A stretch of DNA of 64,000 nucleotides from Azolla caroliniana (taxonomy: Eukaryota; Plantae; Polypodiophyta). Positions 33,674 to 46,900 of this stretch are shown in pieces. The DNA is taken from contig JBHGNT010000006.1 in NCBI GenBank assembly GCA_043228905.1, positions 10,106,001 through 10,170,000 of the forward strand, written 5' to 3'. The stretch's first letter is position 1; each line of letters begins with the position of its first letter. Below the pieces are notes generated by a model that made no database searches, was not told where the DNA came from, and worked only from the letters and a program-made list of their open reading frames with translations. Both the position numbers and the translations under genes were made by a program.

Positions 33674-34560
33674 TGTGCGCCACCGAATTGGTTCCTCCCT
33701 AAGGTAGGGTACACATCCGAACTAAGCCAAGGGGGGCCCGCATCGTCGTGATGTCCCTGCTTTCGACGACTAGTTGGAATTGGTCATACCTAGAGAATAA
33801 GTCACCAACCGAGTAGATAGACCTTCCGGCGAAGGCCTCCACGAACTCATCAATTGTTGGCTCGACCTCTACGTTCTAAATGGTCACTTTATTGACCGAC
33901 TGCATATCTTGAATGAACCACAATGTGCTATTCTTCTTCGGCACGGTAAACCACCGATTTGAATATGGGGCACTCGATGGCTCGAGGATCCCCATATCGA
34001 CCTTCTCCTTGAGCATCTCCATTAGCTTCAAGATGTGAGCTCTTGGCATCAGAATTGGTTTGAGATTCCATGGTACATGCAATATCGTGAAGATCAACAT
34101 CAGTTCCACATTTTTCGGGTTGACACACCCGATCTCCCCCGGCGAGAATGCTAAGGTCTTCTCGTGCTTCTTGAGCATTCCCCGAAACCGGTCCTCCTCC
34201 ATCGACAATAGGAAGCCACCCCCACCGATCTTCAGCTTCCATAGTGTCTCCTCGATGAACCCTTATGCCAGCCGGATCTCGCAAACTTGGGTTGATCGCG
34301 ACCCCTCTCCCAGTTGTTCTCCCATAAGGGAGTTGAGATTGGCCTCACCTGCCGGTCCACAGTCTTGTACTTGATGTCCACCCGAGAGGTCCGACCCGAA
34401 CCGGCCATTCTTCCGAAGTCTGCGTGATTTCATACATTTTGACGGAACAGATTGGAATCAACCAGTCTTCACTTAGATTCTCTTCGACTACCTTCTCTAT
34501 CTCCTTGATGGTGTCATCGAATGAGACCGCCTCCATGGCACCACTGATCTCGTTGTCAGG

Positions 34561-34810
34561 CATGTTGCATCATGAGGACAATTCGTTCCTGAATTGTTCG
34601 ATTCATTCTTTTTGCAACGTTGTTCTATGCCAGACTATATGGGGTTATCAACTCTCTCTTGATGCCATGCTGTTGACAATATCTGACGAATTCGTCCGAT
34701 TGAAATTCTCCACGATTATCCGATCTTAAGCATTTCCATTTTTCGCCTGATTGGTTTTCAACCATTGCAAGCCATTCTTGAAAGATTGTGAACACTTGAT
34801 CTTTGGTTTT
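34561..34810 (-). pseudogene. Copia integrase fragment related to the 1470-6975 family
   Basis: TKDQVFTIFQEWLAMVENQ..CLRSDNRGEF..RMNRTIQERIV. Confidence 0.8.
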
Positions 34811-36618
34811 TGTTGAGCTGGCAAGCTCAACCGGATCTGGATCGGTTGAATATGCCAGAGCCGGATCGGTATCGAATGGAGGGGCGGATAGGTGTCCGGA
34901 TATATCGGTATCTGGAACCTAGAGCCGGACAGGAGAACCGGATCATACTCCGGAATAGTGAGAACCGGTAGGCCATTGGAGCCTATGGTCCGAGCCTAGT
35001 ACGTAGGCATATTCCTTGGAGTTAGTGTTAGTTGCTCGCATGAGCATTGAAGTACATGTCAATACTTTTATCTGTCCTTTAAAGGACTTGTATAAAAAGT
35101 GTTTTGTAGGACATTTGTATGTACAGAGTGTTATTATTTTGAATTAAGTTTATGTTATTTTGCTCTCTCTGTCTCTCTCGTGTACTGTGTATTCTTAAGC
35201 TTCCGTTAAACCTTCATTTATGTTTTAGAGTTGTTATCCAACTGAGCTAGTTTATCTAAACTTCTGCATATTAACTTTCACATGGTATTAGAGCGCAAGG
35301 GTTGAGAATCCTCTGTTGCCGACGAGTGACGATCAGAGACAAACCCTAACTCCCGGTAAAGAACATGAAGGAAGATATGGACAGAAGCATGGGGAGTTCG
35401 CTTCAACCAAAAAAGCTCGACCGGAACAACTAGGCGTCCTGGTCGAATAAAATGCACTAGTACATGCTGGGGCATGGATACTAGAACTACGTGGAAGGAG
35501 AAAATGAAGTAGTGCCGGATTTGGCACACAAGGACTTCCTAGTATGGGAGCAAGGAGCGAGCAGGGTGTTGTATTGCCTCGCGTCTTGTGTGCACGACCA
35601 GATGCTTGGCTACATTAGAGATGCAAAGTCACCGAAGGAGGCTTGGGAAAATCTCAAGAAGATTTTCATCGCAAGTACCACAGCTCGGAAGTTGCAGCTC
35701 CGGCAAGAGCTCAATAGTATCCGACAACGACACATGTTGGTTACCAACTACACTACCAAGATCAAGGAAATCTACGATGCGCTCGGGTCCATCAACATGA
35801 TTGTGGACGAGGACGAGATGGTCCAGATCTGTCTCGGTGGTCTAACACACCGGTATGGGCCAATGTGAACGATAATTTGCACTTGGGAGAAGCCACCATC
35901 CTTCTTCGACCTGTAATCGATGCTCATGGTCGAAGGAAACCACGCGAGTGGGTCAAGGATCACTAAATTAGACAACTGGATGTTGTACATAGAGGCGGAT
36001 TGGCCCCGTGGGCGTGGAGGACGAGGTGGGTCGGCACGCAATAGCAACGGCCAGCAAGAGTAGAACTAGAGGCACAGAGATAGTGACGACAACGGTTTTG
36101 GACCCTCTACAAGAAGGGGGAGTCAAAGTGGCGCTGGAATCTGGAAATCAAAGATCGAAATGGAATGTTGGTATTGTGACCGGAAGGGCCACAAAGAAAG
36201 CAAGTGTTGGAAGAAGTGCACTGATTCAGATAAATCCGGATCTGGTAAGGCCGAACAAGGGAACCGGCAAAGCTCGCACTACACAGAAGGATATGAGGAT
36301 CCGGAACCGGAAAGACCGGAAAAGGGCCAACATTCGTGATGAAGCACAAGGCGAACTCAATGAAGAAGACCACTTCCGGATTGGAGGAAGTGTGGTATGT
36401 TGAATCTGGAGCGTCTAACCACATGACAAGCCACGAAAAGTGGTTCTTGTTTTTGGAAACACCGGAGCAACCGGGGGTTGTCGAAACTGGAGACGACACT
36501 CCTCACCTTATTAAACATGTTGGAGAAATTCCCCTCAGCCATGTCGGACAGAGAGGGAAGCTCATGAACATGTTGCACGTTCCGACAATTACGAAGAACC
36601 TGGTGTCGGTGGGACAAA
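34811..36618 (+). mobile_element. 3'-truncated Copia (LTR 34811-35282, PBS 35283-35294, gag-PR)
   Basis: Similar to 50126-52340; WYVESGASNHMT; stops after NLVSVGQ. Confidence 0.88.
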
Positions 36619-36659
36619 GATGGGGCGACCACTCTAACACAGTTTAGACTTTAACTATA

Positions 36660-38208
36660 TCCATAGAGATGGGGCAACCATTAATGACTAATACAGAAGC
36701 TAGGCAAGGGAGTTTCTTAGGGATATCTGATGAGCTTGGGCAAAATTCTTATCTATGAAGCAAGAATTGACTCCGAAATCTAAGAGTGCTAAGACATGTA
36801 CTAGAGGGTTACTTTTAGTACTAATTGTTACTTGAACTAGGAAGACATTGCTAATTTTCTTAGAAGGAATGGAACCACTAATGGGTTGCATAGATCCATG
36901 GTTGTCCCCCAGTTGTCCAACCAAACGACTCCTATTTTGGCTAGACTTAGTCGTTTAGCTCTTCTTCTAGTTGACTGAGGACTTCAAATTTGTTTGATAA
37001 ACTTGGGCTACTAGGATCATCAGATACTCCTAATGAAATAGACTCAAGTTTAATACTAGGAACTACTTGATTCGCCTATCTTTTGGCCTATGGGGAAAAT
37101 TTACTACAATATGCCACGGACCACCACAATATAGACATAGGCGATTTTCTCAATGTCGTTTTTTGTCCTCTTCCGACAATGGTCCATGACGACATGTTGT
37201 GTCGATTTCCGTTGGTGTTGGCATATTTGCCAGGGACACATTATATGAATCCTTTGGAAAAGGTTTTGCTACGACTGATGCGTATGTGGGCTCCAATCTT
37301 GTCCTTGGCCTTTGTAATTGTCATTCTGAACGTCTCAAAAAGTTGATTATCGCATCGCACCGCTCGACTGATTGCCTTCGTGATCGACTTCCGTTCTTCA
37401 GGAAAAGTCAGGAGTAAGTCTTTGACACCATTCCGTAGGGCATACCGAAACTGCTCCATCAATGCTTGGTCGTCCCATGGGATATTAGTGGCGAGTAGAC
37501 AAGAATTCTACAGTATAAGCTGAGCCCGAACAATCTCCTTGGCGCAGTCTTCGGGTTTTATTGATTGTCATCCTAACGTTATCGGTATCTCCAAAACATG
37601 CTTTAAACTCGCTAATAAACTCCTTGAAATTATTTAACAACGGAGATCCTTTTTCTAACAAAGGGGAGAACCATGATAATGGTGTGCCACTAAGTAAGGT
37701 GCCTATTAGTCCCACTCGTGATGCATCGTCGGTGGGATATCAAGAATGATGCATTTGAATCACTAAGCGTACCTGATTAAGGAACCCTCTAAACTGTGAT
37801 CGCGTTCCATCGAATTTCATGGGAAGCCCAATCATGGGTTCTTTAGGGATCCCTTTATTATGGTCCTTGTTATTGCAATGACACGATAGTTGCTTCCAGT
37901 TGTTGCACACATAATGCCAACTCCCCATGTTGTTATTTCATTTGCTGCTTTTCTAAAGTGATTTGTTGAAGATCTCCCAGCAAACGTTGATTTTCTTGTT
38001 CTAGTGCTACAAATTTTTCTTTCAAGCATTGAAGCTTTGAGAAGATGGATTGGTATTCTTGTGCACTAACAATTGCCATTTAATATTAGAGGAAGGAAGG
38101 ATACAAAGATTAATATTAGAGGAAGGGAAGATAAGAAGATGGGAAATTCGGTTCAAACTATCATGAATAGTACTAGATGCAGAGAGAATTAGTACTAGAG
38201 AGGTAGAG

Positions 38209-38262
<54 letters not shown>

Positions 38263-38453
38263 TGTGTGTGTGTGGAAGAGAGAAGTATGATAACTAGAGT
38301 ATCCTTGAAGTTTCTAGAATGTTCTAGAGTAATCTAGAATATATATAAATTTCTACAATAAAATTGTATTATAATTGTTATCTTAGTGGTATGGTATTGA
38401 ATTGTGTAATATAAAGTCATAGGTTCAATTCCTTTTGGGGCTATATCATGACA
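36660..38453 (-). mobile_element. Tcn1-like element E, truncated (5' LTR 38159-38453, gag, start of PR)
   Basis: Homologous to 28550-30482. Confidence 0.88.
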
Positions 38454-39057
38454 CCTATGTGGAGAAACTAGACTTTTCATGTCATGAGTCATGATTCTCA
38501 AATACCTATCCATGGATTTTTAATAACAATTCCTCTTTATCAATTGATTGGGTGAGCCATCCAATATCATTTTCACTAAATGATTCTAAACACTTTATTC
38601 AATGTATCAAACCTTTGTTCGTCTCTAGTCTTTCGAGTGCATCTTTTTAATATTCTTCGTGTTCTATGATTTATTGTTGTGCACTTGACTTTGATCTCCA
38701 AATATATATTATATCAAGTGGCAGGGATAAATTAGCATATTATGAACAATTTCTTCAGTCATTTGTAAAAGAGTTTCAAGGTGTCTTCCCTAAGGAACTA
38801 CCAAATTGGCTACCTCCTAAACACAATATTGACCATTATATTGATCTAATATAGAGTACTTCACTAGGTTAGTATTTGTTTGTATTAACTTAATTGAACA
38901 GAAGAAGATGAGTTTGCTTTGCAACTTAATGAGTACTTAAGGATGGCTCATATACAATATAGTAAATCACCTTGGGGTGCTCTAATCCTCTTGATGAAGA
39001 AAAAAGATGGAGAATGGTGACTATGTATCTATTATTGTTGATTGAATAAAGTGTTTA
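38454..39057 (+). pseudogene. Highly degenerate chromoviral Gypsy PR/RT fragment
   Basis: EFQGVFPKELPNWLPPKHNIDHYIDLI, SKSPWGA, KKKDG. Confidence 0.65.
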
Positions 39058-41719
39058 AGTGATCACACACCAATTGTTGCAATGCATGGAACCGAAAGTC
39101 ACCCTCCCCAGATATTATCACTATTTGTGTGCCCCTTTTACGAGAACCTTTGGGTATGCAATGCTTGAAAACCTTTGGGTAATGAATTTACTTAGAGGTT
39201 CCTAAACTTGGGGAATTCCTATTCAATAATCTCTTCGTCCCTTGTAGACATGGATATTGCCTTGGAGGTAATCTATTGGATGTCAAATTTCCTGAAATCC
39301 AATTATATGAAAATTTTGCCACAAACCTTGCAAAATTTTCTAAGTGATCATGCATTGATTGTTGCAATGCATGGAGTCGAAAGTCACCCTTTTGAGAAAT
39401 CAACACAACTTGTGTGCAAAGTAACGCCCAATGCTTGGATTCTCGAGTCGGAGATTCCATGGCAATCCTCATTCAATCATGAATTGCAAGAAACATAATT
39501 ACAAATATTGTTTTGAAGACATCGATCCAATACAAGAAGACGGAATTGAAAGATAAACGATATAAAGTCAAAAGAGTGTTGGGAGGAGATCCTTGAGCTT
39601 TGGCATAACATGTATGTGATCGACATCACATTGCCTTTTGTTGTCATAGGTCTCCTATATTCCATTTTCATTGCTATCATGTAATAATCTATTTATCAAC
39701 AAAGCCCTAGAGTGTTTCTCAAAATGTTGATCCCTAAGAATGAGCTATCTTCCTCCTTTTCTAGCTTTCAAGAGAATATTTCCCAATTTAAATACAACTT
39801 TGTTTTTGTAGCACACCTCTGGCTTTCATAAAATGTATATACTTTTGTTTTTATTGCATACTTCATTCTTGTATCTTGTGCCTCATAGATTACGCTCCAT
39901 CCCTTTATTGACTTTCACAGGGGTTGATCCAACCATCTTCAATTATTGTTTCATCCTAATCTTCTCTCAACTTCATCTAGTTACATATTCACCAAGAACC
40001 TTAACCTATTATAAAACTTAGGCTTTAAGCATGTTTCTCCCTTGACCCATGCCACATCACAACACCATGTCCATGTTACTAGATCAAAATCGATAGAGTA
40101 GGATTTCAAAGATAATTGGTGGGAACCCCACAATAGGGGTTGTATTTTTTTCAACGAGGATAGTTGGCAGAAACCCTTAATTGAGAATTGCAAGGCCTCC
40201 TTCGAGTGTGATCTACTAAGGAGGTGACTAGCTCAAGCCCAGACCCCACATTAGGAGTTCTATTTGGAAACCCTTGAAAGTTGGGAAGTATTGTAGTAGT
40301 AAACTTGGTGTAATGATAGATTTATTGCATCACACCAATCTTGCCCTAGAATACATGGTTCCAAATGAATTCTAATTGACATTACGTGTCACTAATGAGA
40401 ATACCTCAATTTGGACCCCACCATGATGGTCATTGAATTGAGACTTGAGAGTTGGTCATTAAATTCCACAAAGGTCAATGACGTAAGCCTTAACCTACAC
40501 TTATATGAAATTGGATCATCTGAAATATATGCTACAACGGTAATCCGAATTTGGCAATCTTTAATGCATTCGCGTCGGCCACGAATAGTCTTTGTGACAC
40601 ATGGTTAGCTTTCCATGTTGTGTGAAATGCCCAAATGTGCGCTTCAGGATCTGTTCCTTCGTTGTATTTCGAGTAGGGGTACGGCATCGTGTCCTCCTAC
40701 TCGCCTCATGGGTTGTCCGGCTATGATTGTGCAAGGACCTCTGTTGCCCATACATCCAAAGTGTTGTTAATGGGACAATGGATTGAACAAATAATTTGGT
40801 TGTCGAACGTGAACCTGTGTCATGTATTTTAACACATATTTAACATGATCCAAGTAGAGGGAGTGAACTATCATCAAAGCTATGTGTCCTATTATTTATA
40901 TGATGTTGGGTCATTGGCTAGGATGGTTGTACCATGAAATAATTCATGGTTAGAAACTTGTTTGCGGGATTGTCCATCATGCTAGAACTTTTGTCATTTG
41001 ACACCTTTGTTCATGTAGTTTGGGAAGTAAAAAACAAGGTTCACGGTTGGGAAGAGAAAGTTGTCCTAAAAGATATTTGGGAAGGAAAAAAAATCCTTTA
41101 ATTATTAAGTAAGAGTTGAATGCATGTCATAATGGGTGTGACATCAATTGGGAGTGTTGGAAGTAGAGTTATTGCCTTTGAATGACATTTACTAGCTTTG
41201 TTTGCTATAGTTGGAGGAGTAATTCATTGTGTTTGCCAAGTGTTGGGTGAGGTTGTGGAAAGCTAAGTCATTGGGACAACTATCTATTGTGGCTTGGCTA
41301 TTGAGATTAATGTAGTAATAGCAAAGACCAACTTTACTTTGCTAGAGGCAAAGTAGACAATCTAACTTAAGCTTTGGAGATTGATTGATGGGGAATGGTT
41401 TGTGTTATCATTTAAGAATGTTACCACTTTGTAGGTGGTTATGAGGGAGTTGAAGGCAACAAAATGTAAAGTAAGACATCGTGTTGGTCAACAAAGGATT
41501 TCTCTCATGGTTTTAATTCATCAATGAGCTTAAAGACATAATTAGGTACACAGAAATTTATCACTTAATTATTTAAGAATTAAGTGGGAAAGCAAACATT
41601 GACACAATGGGCTCCTCTAAAGGTTTATATTATGTATCAACAAAATTTAGATTGATCTTTGCATACAACTTCTTACTATCCAAAGCTTACACATGTTCGA
41701 CCAAAACTCTTTTATTTAT

Positions 41720-41836
41720 GTTTCCTTTTATTTTTATTTTCAATGATTGGGTATACGTCCCATTATTGTAACAAATTGTCTCATGGGCCAAATTTGGTCT
41801 TAGAAGACATTAAGATATATTTCTTTCTTCTTTCTC
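41720..41836 (+). repeat. Old copy of the 3' terminus shared with 50740-50850
   Basis: ttgtctcatgggccaa.tttgg.cttagaagac.ttaa followed by a T/C-rich tail. Confidence 0.7.
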
Positions 41837-43959
41837 GAGAACTAGGCAAATTCCCATGATTCTACATATGTCAATAATATAGTGAGATTGTGCCACAATC
41901 TAGTGGAATTAAATTCAATATTTATTTGGTCCTTCCAATCATCTCTACATTCTCAACTAATTCATCCTATTTTCTAACGAAGTTCATCATTCTTAATGAG
42001 GTTGACTACCACCTTGTTCATATATTTCTAATATTAAATAATTTGTTTCTAATATACTAGACCTCACTATATTTACAGGTTGGTTGTGACATAATCAGCT
42101 AGTTTACAATAGCCCACCATACATCCAGCATACAAACCATATGTGCGTATGGCCTTTTAATATTGTCTGCACTTATAATACCTAGAGTGGCATAGCTAGG
42201 ACACTAGGCTATTTATGGGGTTAAGAGGGTTAACTAGATCCACATAAATCTAAAGCAAAGGACATTGCAATGTAGCATATCTACTATATTAGGATCTCCA
42301 CTTTTCCATCCAACTAGGGATGCCAAAGTAAAGGGTAGTTTCTCATTTTGTCGATTACGCCACTATCATTAGTTTCTTCTTTCTTGTATTCATAAAGGGT
42401 ATGCCAATATTTATAATACAATATGCCCTAGAAAAAGAAAGTAAATAAAATTCACATACTGTTATGAACTCATGCATGAAACGAATCATGCTATATCTAT
42501 CTTAGTCTTAAGTTTTAGTTAACAAGGCTTCATTATGTAAATAGTATGCATGCATCCCATCATCTTGTGGGTCATAAACTAATGTATCTCAATCATTTTG
42601 GATTATATTGAGAAGAGCATAGCATATGAGCTCTATCGAGAGATTATATTGATATGTGATTAGTGATCTGAGTTAATATCTAATCACTCTTTGATCTTGC
42701 TTAATAGTCTATTACATAACACGTTATCAACATGATTAGCCTCTACCATAGCAATTAATTATTCTCTTATACAAATCTACCTTATTGTTACCATTAACAT
42801 GACTTCTCAAGCTCTACAAATAGAGAAATGCTTATTCCCAACACTTGCGTTCGATGGGTCCAATTATATGATTTGCATGGTTCACGTCGAAGGCCATCTC
42901 ACGTCGAAAGATCTCCTTCATATAATAAGTGATCATTTTAATGATGCGGAGAAATCAAATACTAGGAAGAAGGGCGCAGAAGCGTTCATCTTCATCCTTC
43001 ATCACCTTGATCTAAGCCTTCAGAATCAATACATCTCCATCAAGAATCTATCAACTCTTTGGAAGCAACTCAAAGCCCGGTTTGATCATCAATGAACTGT
43101 TCTCAACCCAAACACTTTGCATGAATGGAATCAACTTCGATTTCAAGATAGTTGCTGAATATAATTGCTCACTATTTGGTATCATTTCTAAACTTAAATT
43201 TTGTGGTCATGACAATCTTGTTCAAGAGGTGAATCTAATCAACAAAACGGTAACTACTTTTCATCCCTCAAATTTTAATCTTTTTGAACAATATCGTAAT
43301 CGTGGTTTTAAAACCTATGTTGAACTTTTATTTGCACTTCTTGTCGCTGAGCAACACCACCAAGTTCTCCTCAAAAACGACAAACTTCATCCAGTTAGTC
43401 AACCTGTGGCTCCTCTACAATTCAAGGATTTAGCACATGTCGAGAGTAATTATTTTGGATGACAACATCGTCATCAACACCCATATGCACATAGTTGAGG
43501 AAGAGGAAGAGGAGGAAGAAATCAACAAACGAATCAATATCCCACAAGTAATCAAGTCAAGCCAATGCACCATCAATCAAACTCAAGTCAAGATAAGCCT
43601 TCATCGAATTTATGTCTTTGATGTGGTTTACGAGGGCACTAGGCAAATACTTGCCGAACTTCTAAGTTTCATGTTGATCTTTACTAGAATTATGGCAAGC
43701 AAGGTTAAGATAGGAAACCATAGGCTAATATGGTGGTAGAAACATCAACGATCTCACCATCAATTCCAATCTTGGTGGATCAGCCTTTGGAATTCGAGCC
43801 CGAAGCCAACATAATTGAAGCTCATATGATTTATTTGCATACAAGTTGTTTTCTTTGTCTTATTGGTTGTGCCTCAACACAAACTATTCTATGTCGTAAG
43901 AGTTCTTTCATCATATTAAAGATCAAGTTCCTTTCGACATCAAGACTATAGTTGGTTCT

Positions 43960-46900
43960 TGTAGAAAGTAGTGTGCGGAAGCAAGTATGAAGACAGAACA
44001 GAGGAAGGAAACTCAGGTTCAATGGAGAGCTTAGGCTTACACGGTATACGCGGGAGAGACAGAGAGAGAAACGCAAAAAATACTATATTCAATAATAGTG
44101 CTCAGTCTCTGTGTACATAAGACGTGCTCAGTGAGCACTTTTATACAAGTCCTAGAAGGACTGACTGAAGTACTGATAGTACTTCAATGCTCATTAAGAG
44201 CTCCTACACTAACTCCCAAATATATTCCTCACGGAATATCTTTCCTAACGACCTCCCGGTTTACGCACTCAGCCTAACCGATCGGTCCCAGCCGATCCGG
44301 TCCTCGGCTTCTTCAGCCGATTTGGCCGATGTTGAGCTTGTCTCTCAACACTCCCCCTCAAGCTCAACTTGAGGCTCTTCGGGATCTTCACAGCACCGGT
44401 TCCTCCTGGCTTCTCGCCTCGCTCGCGCTCCTCTACCTATTCGACTCCGCGTGCTTCGACCCTTCCGGTCGGCTTGTCTGCTCATGTGGCCCTCATAAGC
44501 TCTTCTGTTGTTGCGGTGTTGACGCTTCTTCTACTGCCTTTTCTTCCGCTTGGGCCTCGGTTGATTCAGCCTGTCTGAATCAAACATCCGAACCGACTCG
44601 GCTACCTCCGATCGGTTTTCGCTCTCGTCCGAGTTGGTTGTCTCCAACTCGTCTTTGGTTTTCTCGCCCTCGATGGCGTCATCTCCCCTATCCGTGGTTG
44701 GCTTCGGCTCTCTCCTTCGGCTGCTCCCCTTCTGTCCTCTTTCGAACTTTTCCACAGGTCCGCCCTCGGCTTCTTCAGCCTATCCGAAGTCGCCCTCAGC
44801 TTCTTCAGCCGATCCGTCTTCAACCGAGTCAACAAACGAGTCAACCGACTCGGTATCATGGTCACCGCTCCTTTCCTGCTACCTTGCTTGGTCGTTCGGG
44901 ACTGTTCTCCCCCTCAAGTTCGGCACGTCAAGGTGACGCAACCCGAGCGCACCCGGCAGTCTGCCGATCCGTCGGAACGTACTGAAGTTCGACTTCACCG
45001 GAAAGGACACGCTCACGGACGAAATGGTAGTGCACCTCAATGTGCTTGGTCCGTGCGTGGAAAACGGGGTTTTTCGCGAGTTGGATGCTGCTGAGGTTGT
45101 CGCAGTAGATCGTCGTCAGATCTGACACTTCCTCTTGCAGGTCCTTAAGTAGCCGCTTCAACCATATGGCTTCGCATGTCGCGACAGCCGCTCCTCGGTA
45201 CTCAGCTTCAGTGCTCGACAACGCAATTGTCGGCTGCTTCTTACTGCTCCACGCTATCGCGGCAATCCCGAGGGAGAACGCGTATCCAGACGTGGATCGG
45301 CAATCGGCGGCATTGCCAACCCAATCAGCATCGGTGTAGCCGACCAACTGCGCGGCTACACCGGTCTGATATAGCAGTCATCGGTCCTTAGTGCCACTTA
45401 CATACCGCAGTACGCGTTGCGCACACTGAAGGTGCTCCTCAGTAGGTCGCGCCATGAACTGACTGATCACCCCCACCGGATAACTGAGGTCGGGTCGGGT
45501 GATGGTCAAGTGTATGAGGCTTCCGACAATTTGTCGGAATCTCGTCGGGTCACATACCTTTCCCGTATCGAGACGAAGCTTGATGGTTCTGTCCAGAGGA
45601 GTCGAGACGGACTTACAGTCGGCCATCCCGAGCTTGAAGAGCATACTCAGCACGTAATGACGTTGGCTGATCAATATGCCTTCGGGGGTATGGATCACTT
45701 CGATCCCGAGGAAGTAATGAAGGTCCCCCAAATCCTTCATGTCGAATGATGCTGCAAGCTGGAGCTTCACGCGGTCGATTTCACCTAGGTCGGTGCCGGT
45801 GATGACCAAGTCATCAACATATAGTAAAATACTAACCAGTCCAAGTCGACCTTGCCGGATGAATAGGGAAGAGTTCGATTTTGACGTGACGAAGCCCATC
45901 CGACGCAGTTGTTGCGTGATATTCGCGTTCCAGGCACGCGGGGCTTGCTTCAGTCCATAAAGGGACTTCTTCAGTCGGCATACTGCCGAGGAGTTCGTTC
46001 TAGAGTGAAATCCGGGGGGTTGTACCATGTACACTTGTTCCTCAAGGTCACCTTGCAGGAACGCATTCTTTACATCCATCTGATGTAAGTGCCACCCCTT
46101 GGCCGTAGCTACTGCGAGCAAAACACAGACGGTCGTCATTTTCGCGACCGGCGCAAACGTCTCATCATAGTCGATGCCGTGTTTCTGCGCATAGCCCTTT
46201 GCCACTAGCTAAGCCTTGTACCGGTTGACCGAGCAATCGGTGTTGTACTTGACTTTGTACACCCATCTACACCCGATCGGTTTTACACCCTTCGGTGCGT
46301 CAACCAGGTCCCAAGTCTCGTTCTCTGCCAATGCGTGCATCTCTTCCTCCATCGCGGCGCACCAATTTGCGTCTTTAGCCGCTTCTGCATAGCTCTCCGG
46401 CTCACGCACTTCCGCTACACGGGTCATGTACGCATAATGATGCGCCATGTACTCGTTGTATCCGAACCACACAACTGGGTTCTTCTAGCAGGTAGATCGA
46501 CGTAATCTCACATTAGCCGATGTCGAGGCCTTCTCGATCGACGCGGTGTTCACCTTTAAAGACCCGTCAGTCTGACTCGTTCCTATCCGTGCCGGAATCC
46601 GACACCTTCTTCTTCCCTTTCTCTTTGCGCGTAAGCCGTCTCCTCGGCTTCCTGCGCGGGGAATGCACGGCCGAGTCTCCACTACTCGCCGACTCTTCAT
46701 CGGACTGGTCGTACCGACTCAATCGTCCAATCGGTCCACTTAACCGGAGTGAAATCGGACTCTCTTCACGGGTCTCGATTTCGGGCTCATCCGGAGGCAT
46801 CTCGGCCTTGCTGACCTCATCGTCAGAGCTTGTATTGGAGTCGGGGTTCCGAGTCGGGAGCAGGTACCAGGACGCGGACTCGTCAAACACAACGTCGCGG

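Larger units (their letters stand above)
30483..34560 (-). mobile_element. Gypsy element D (B family): RT-RH-INT, G-rich PPT and U3 of 3' LTR (30483-30603); 5' truncated
   Basis: Peptides parallel B (EISGAMEAVSFDD, FLDDISIKG, VDTSPIGIGW), YNPKANGKVERGH; LTR end ..catgACA at 30603. Confidence 0.88.

Noticed and set aside
39058-39620. Possible L1 endonuclease remnant with a ~50-bp duplication (39058 / 39343)
   Set aside because: Only an SDH motif supports it; too decayed to call.
39700-41600. Possible ancient minus-strand Gypsy gag-PR remnant
   Set aside because: Only faint motifs and no reliable boundaries.
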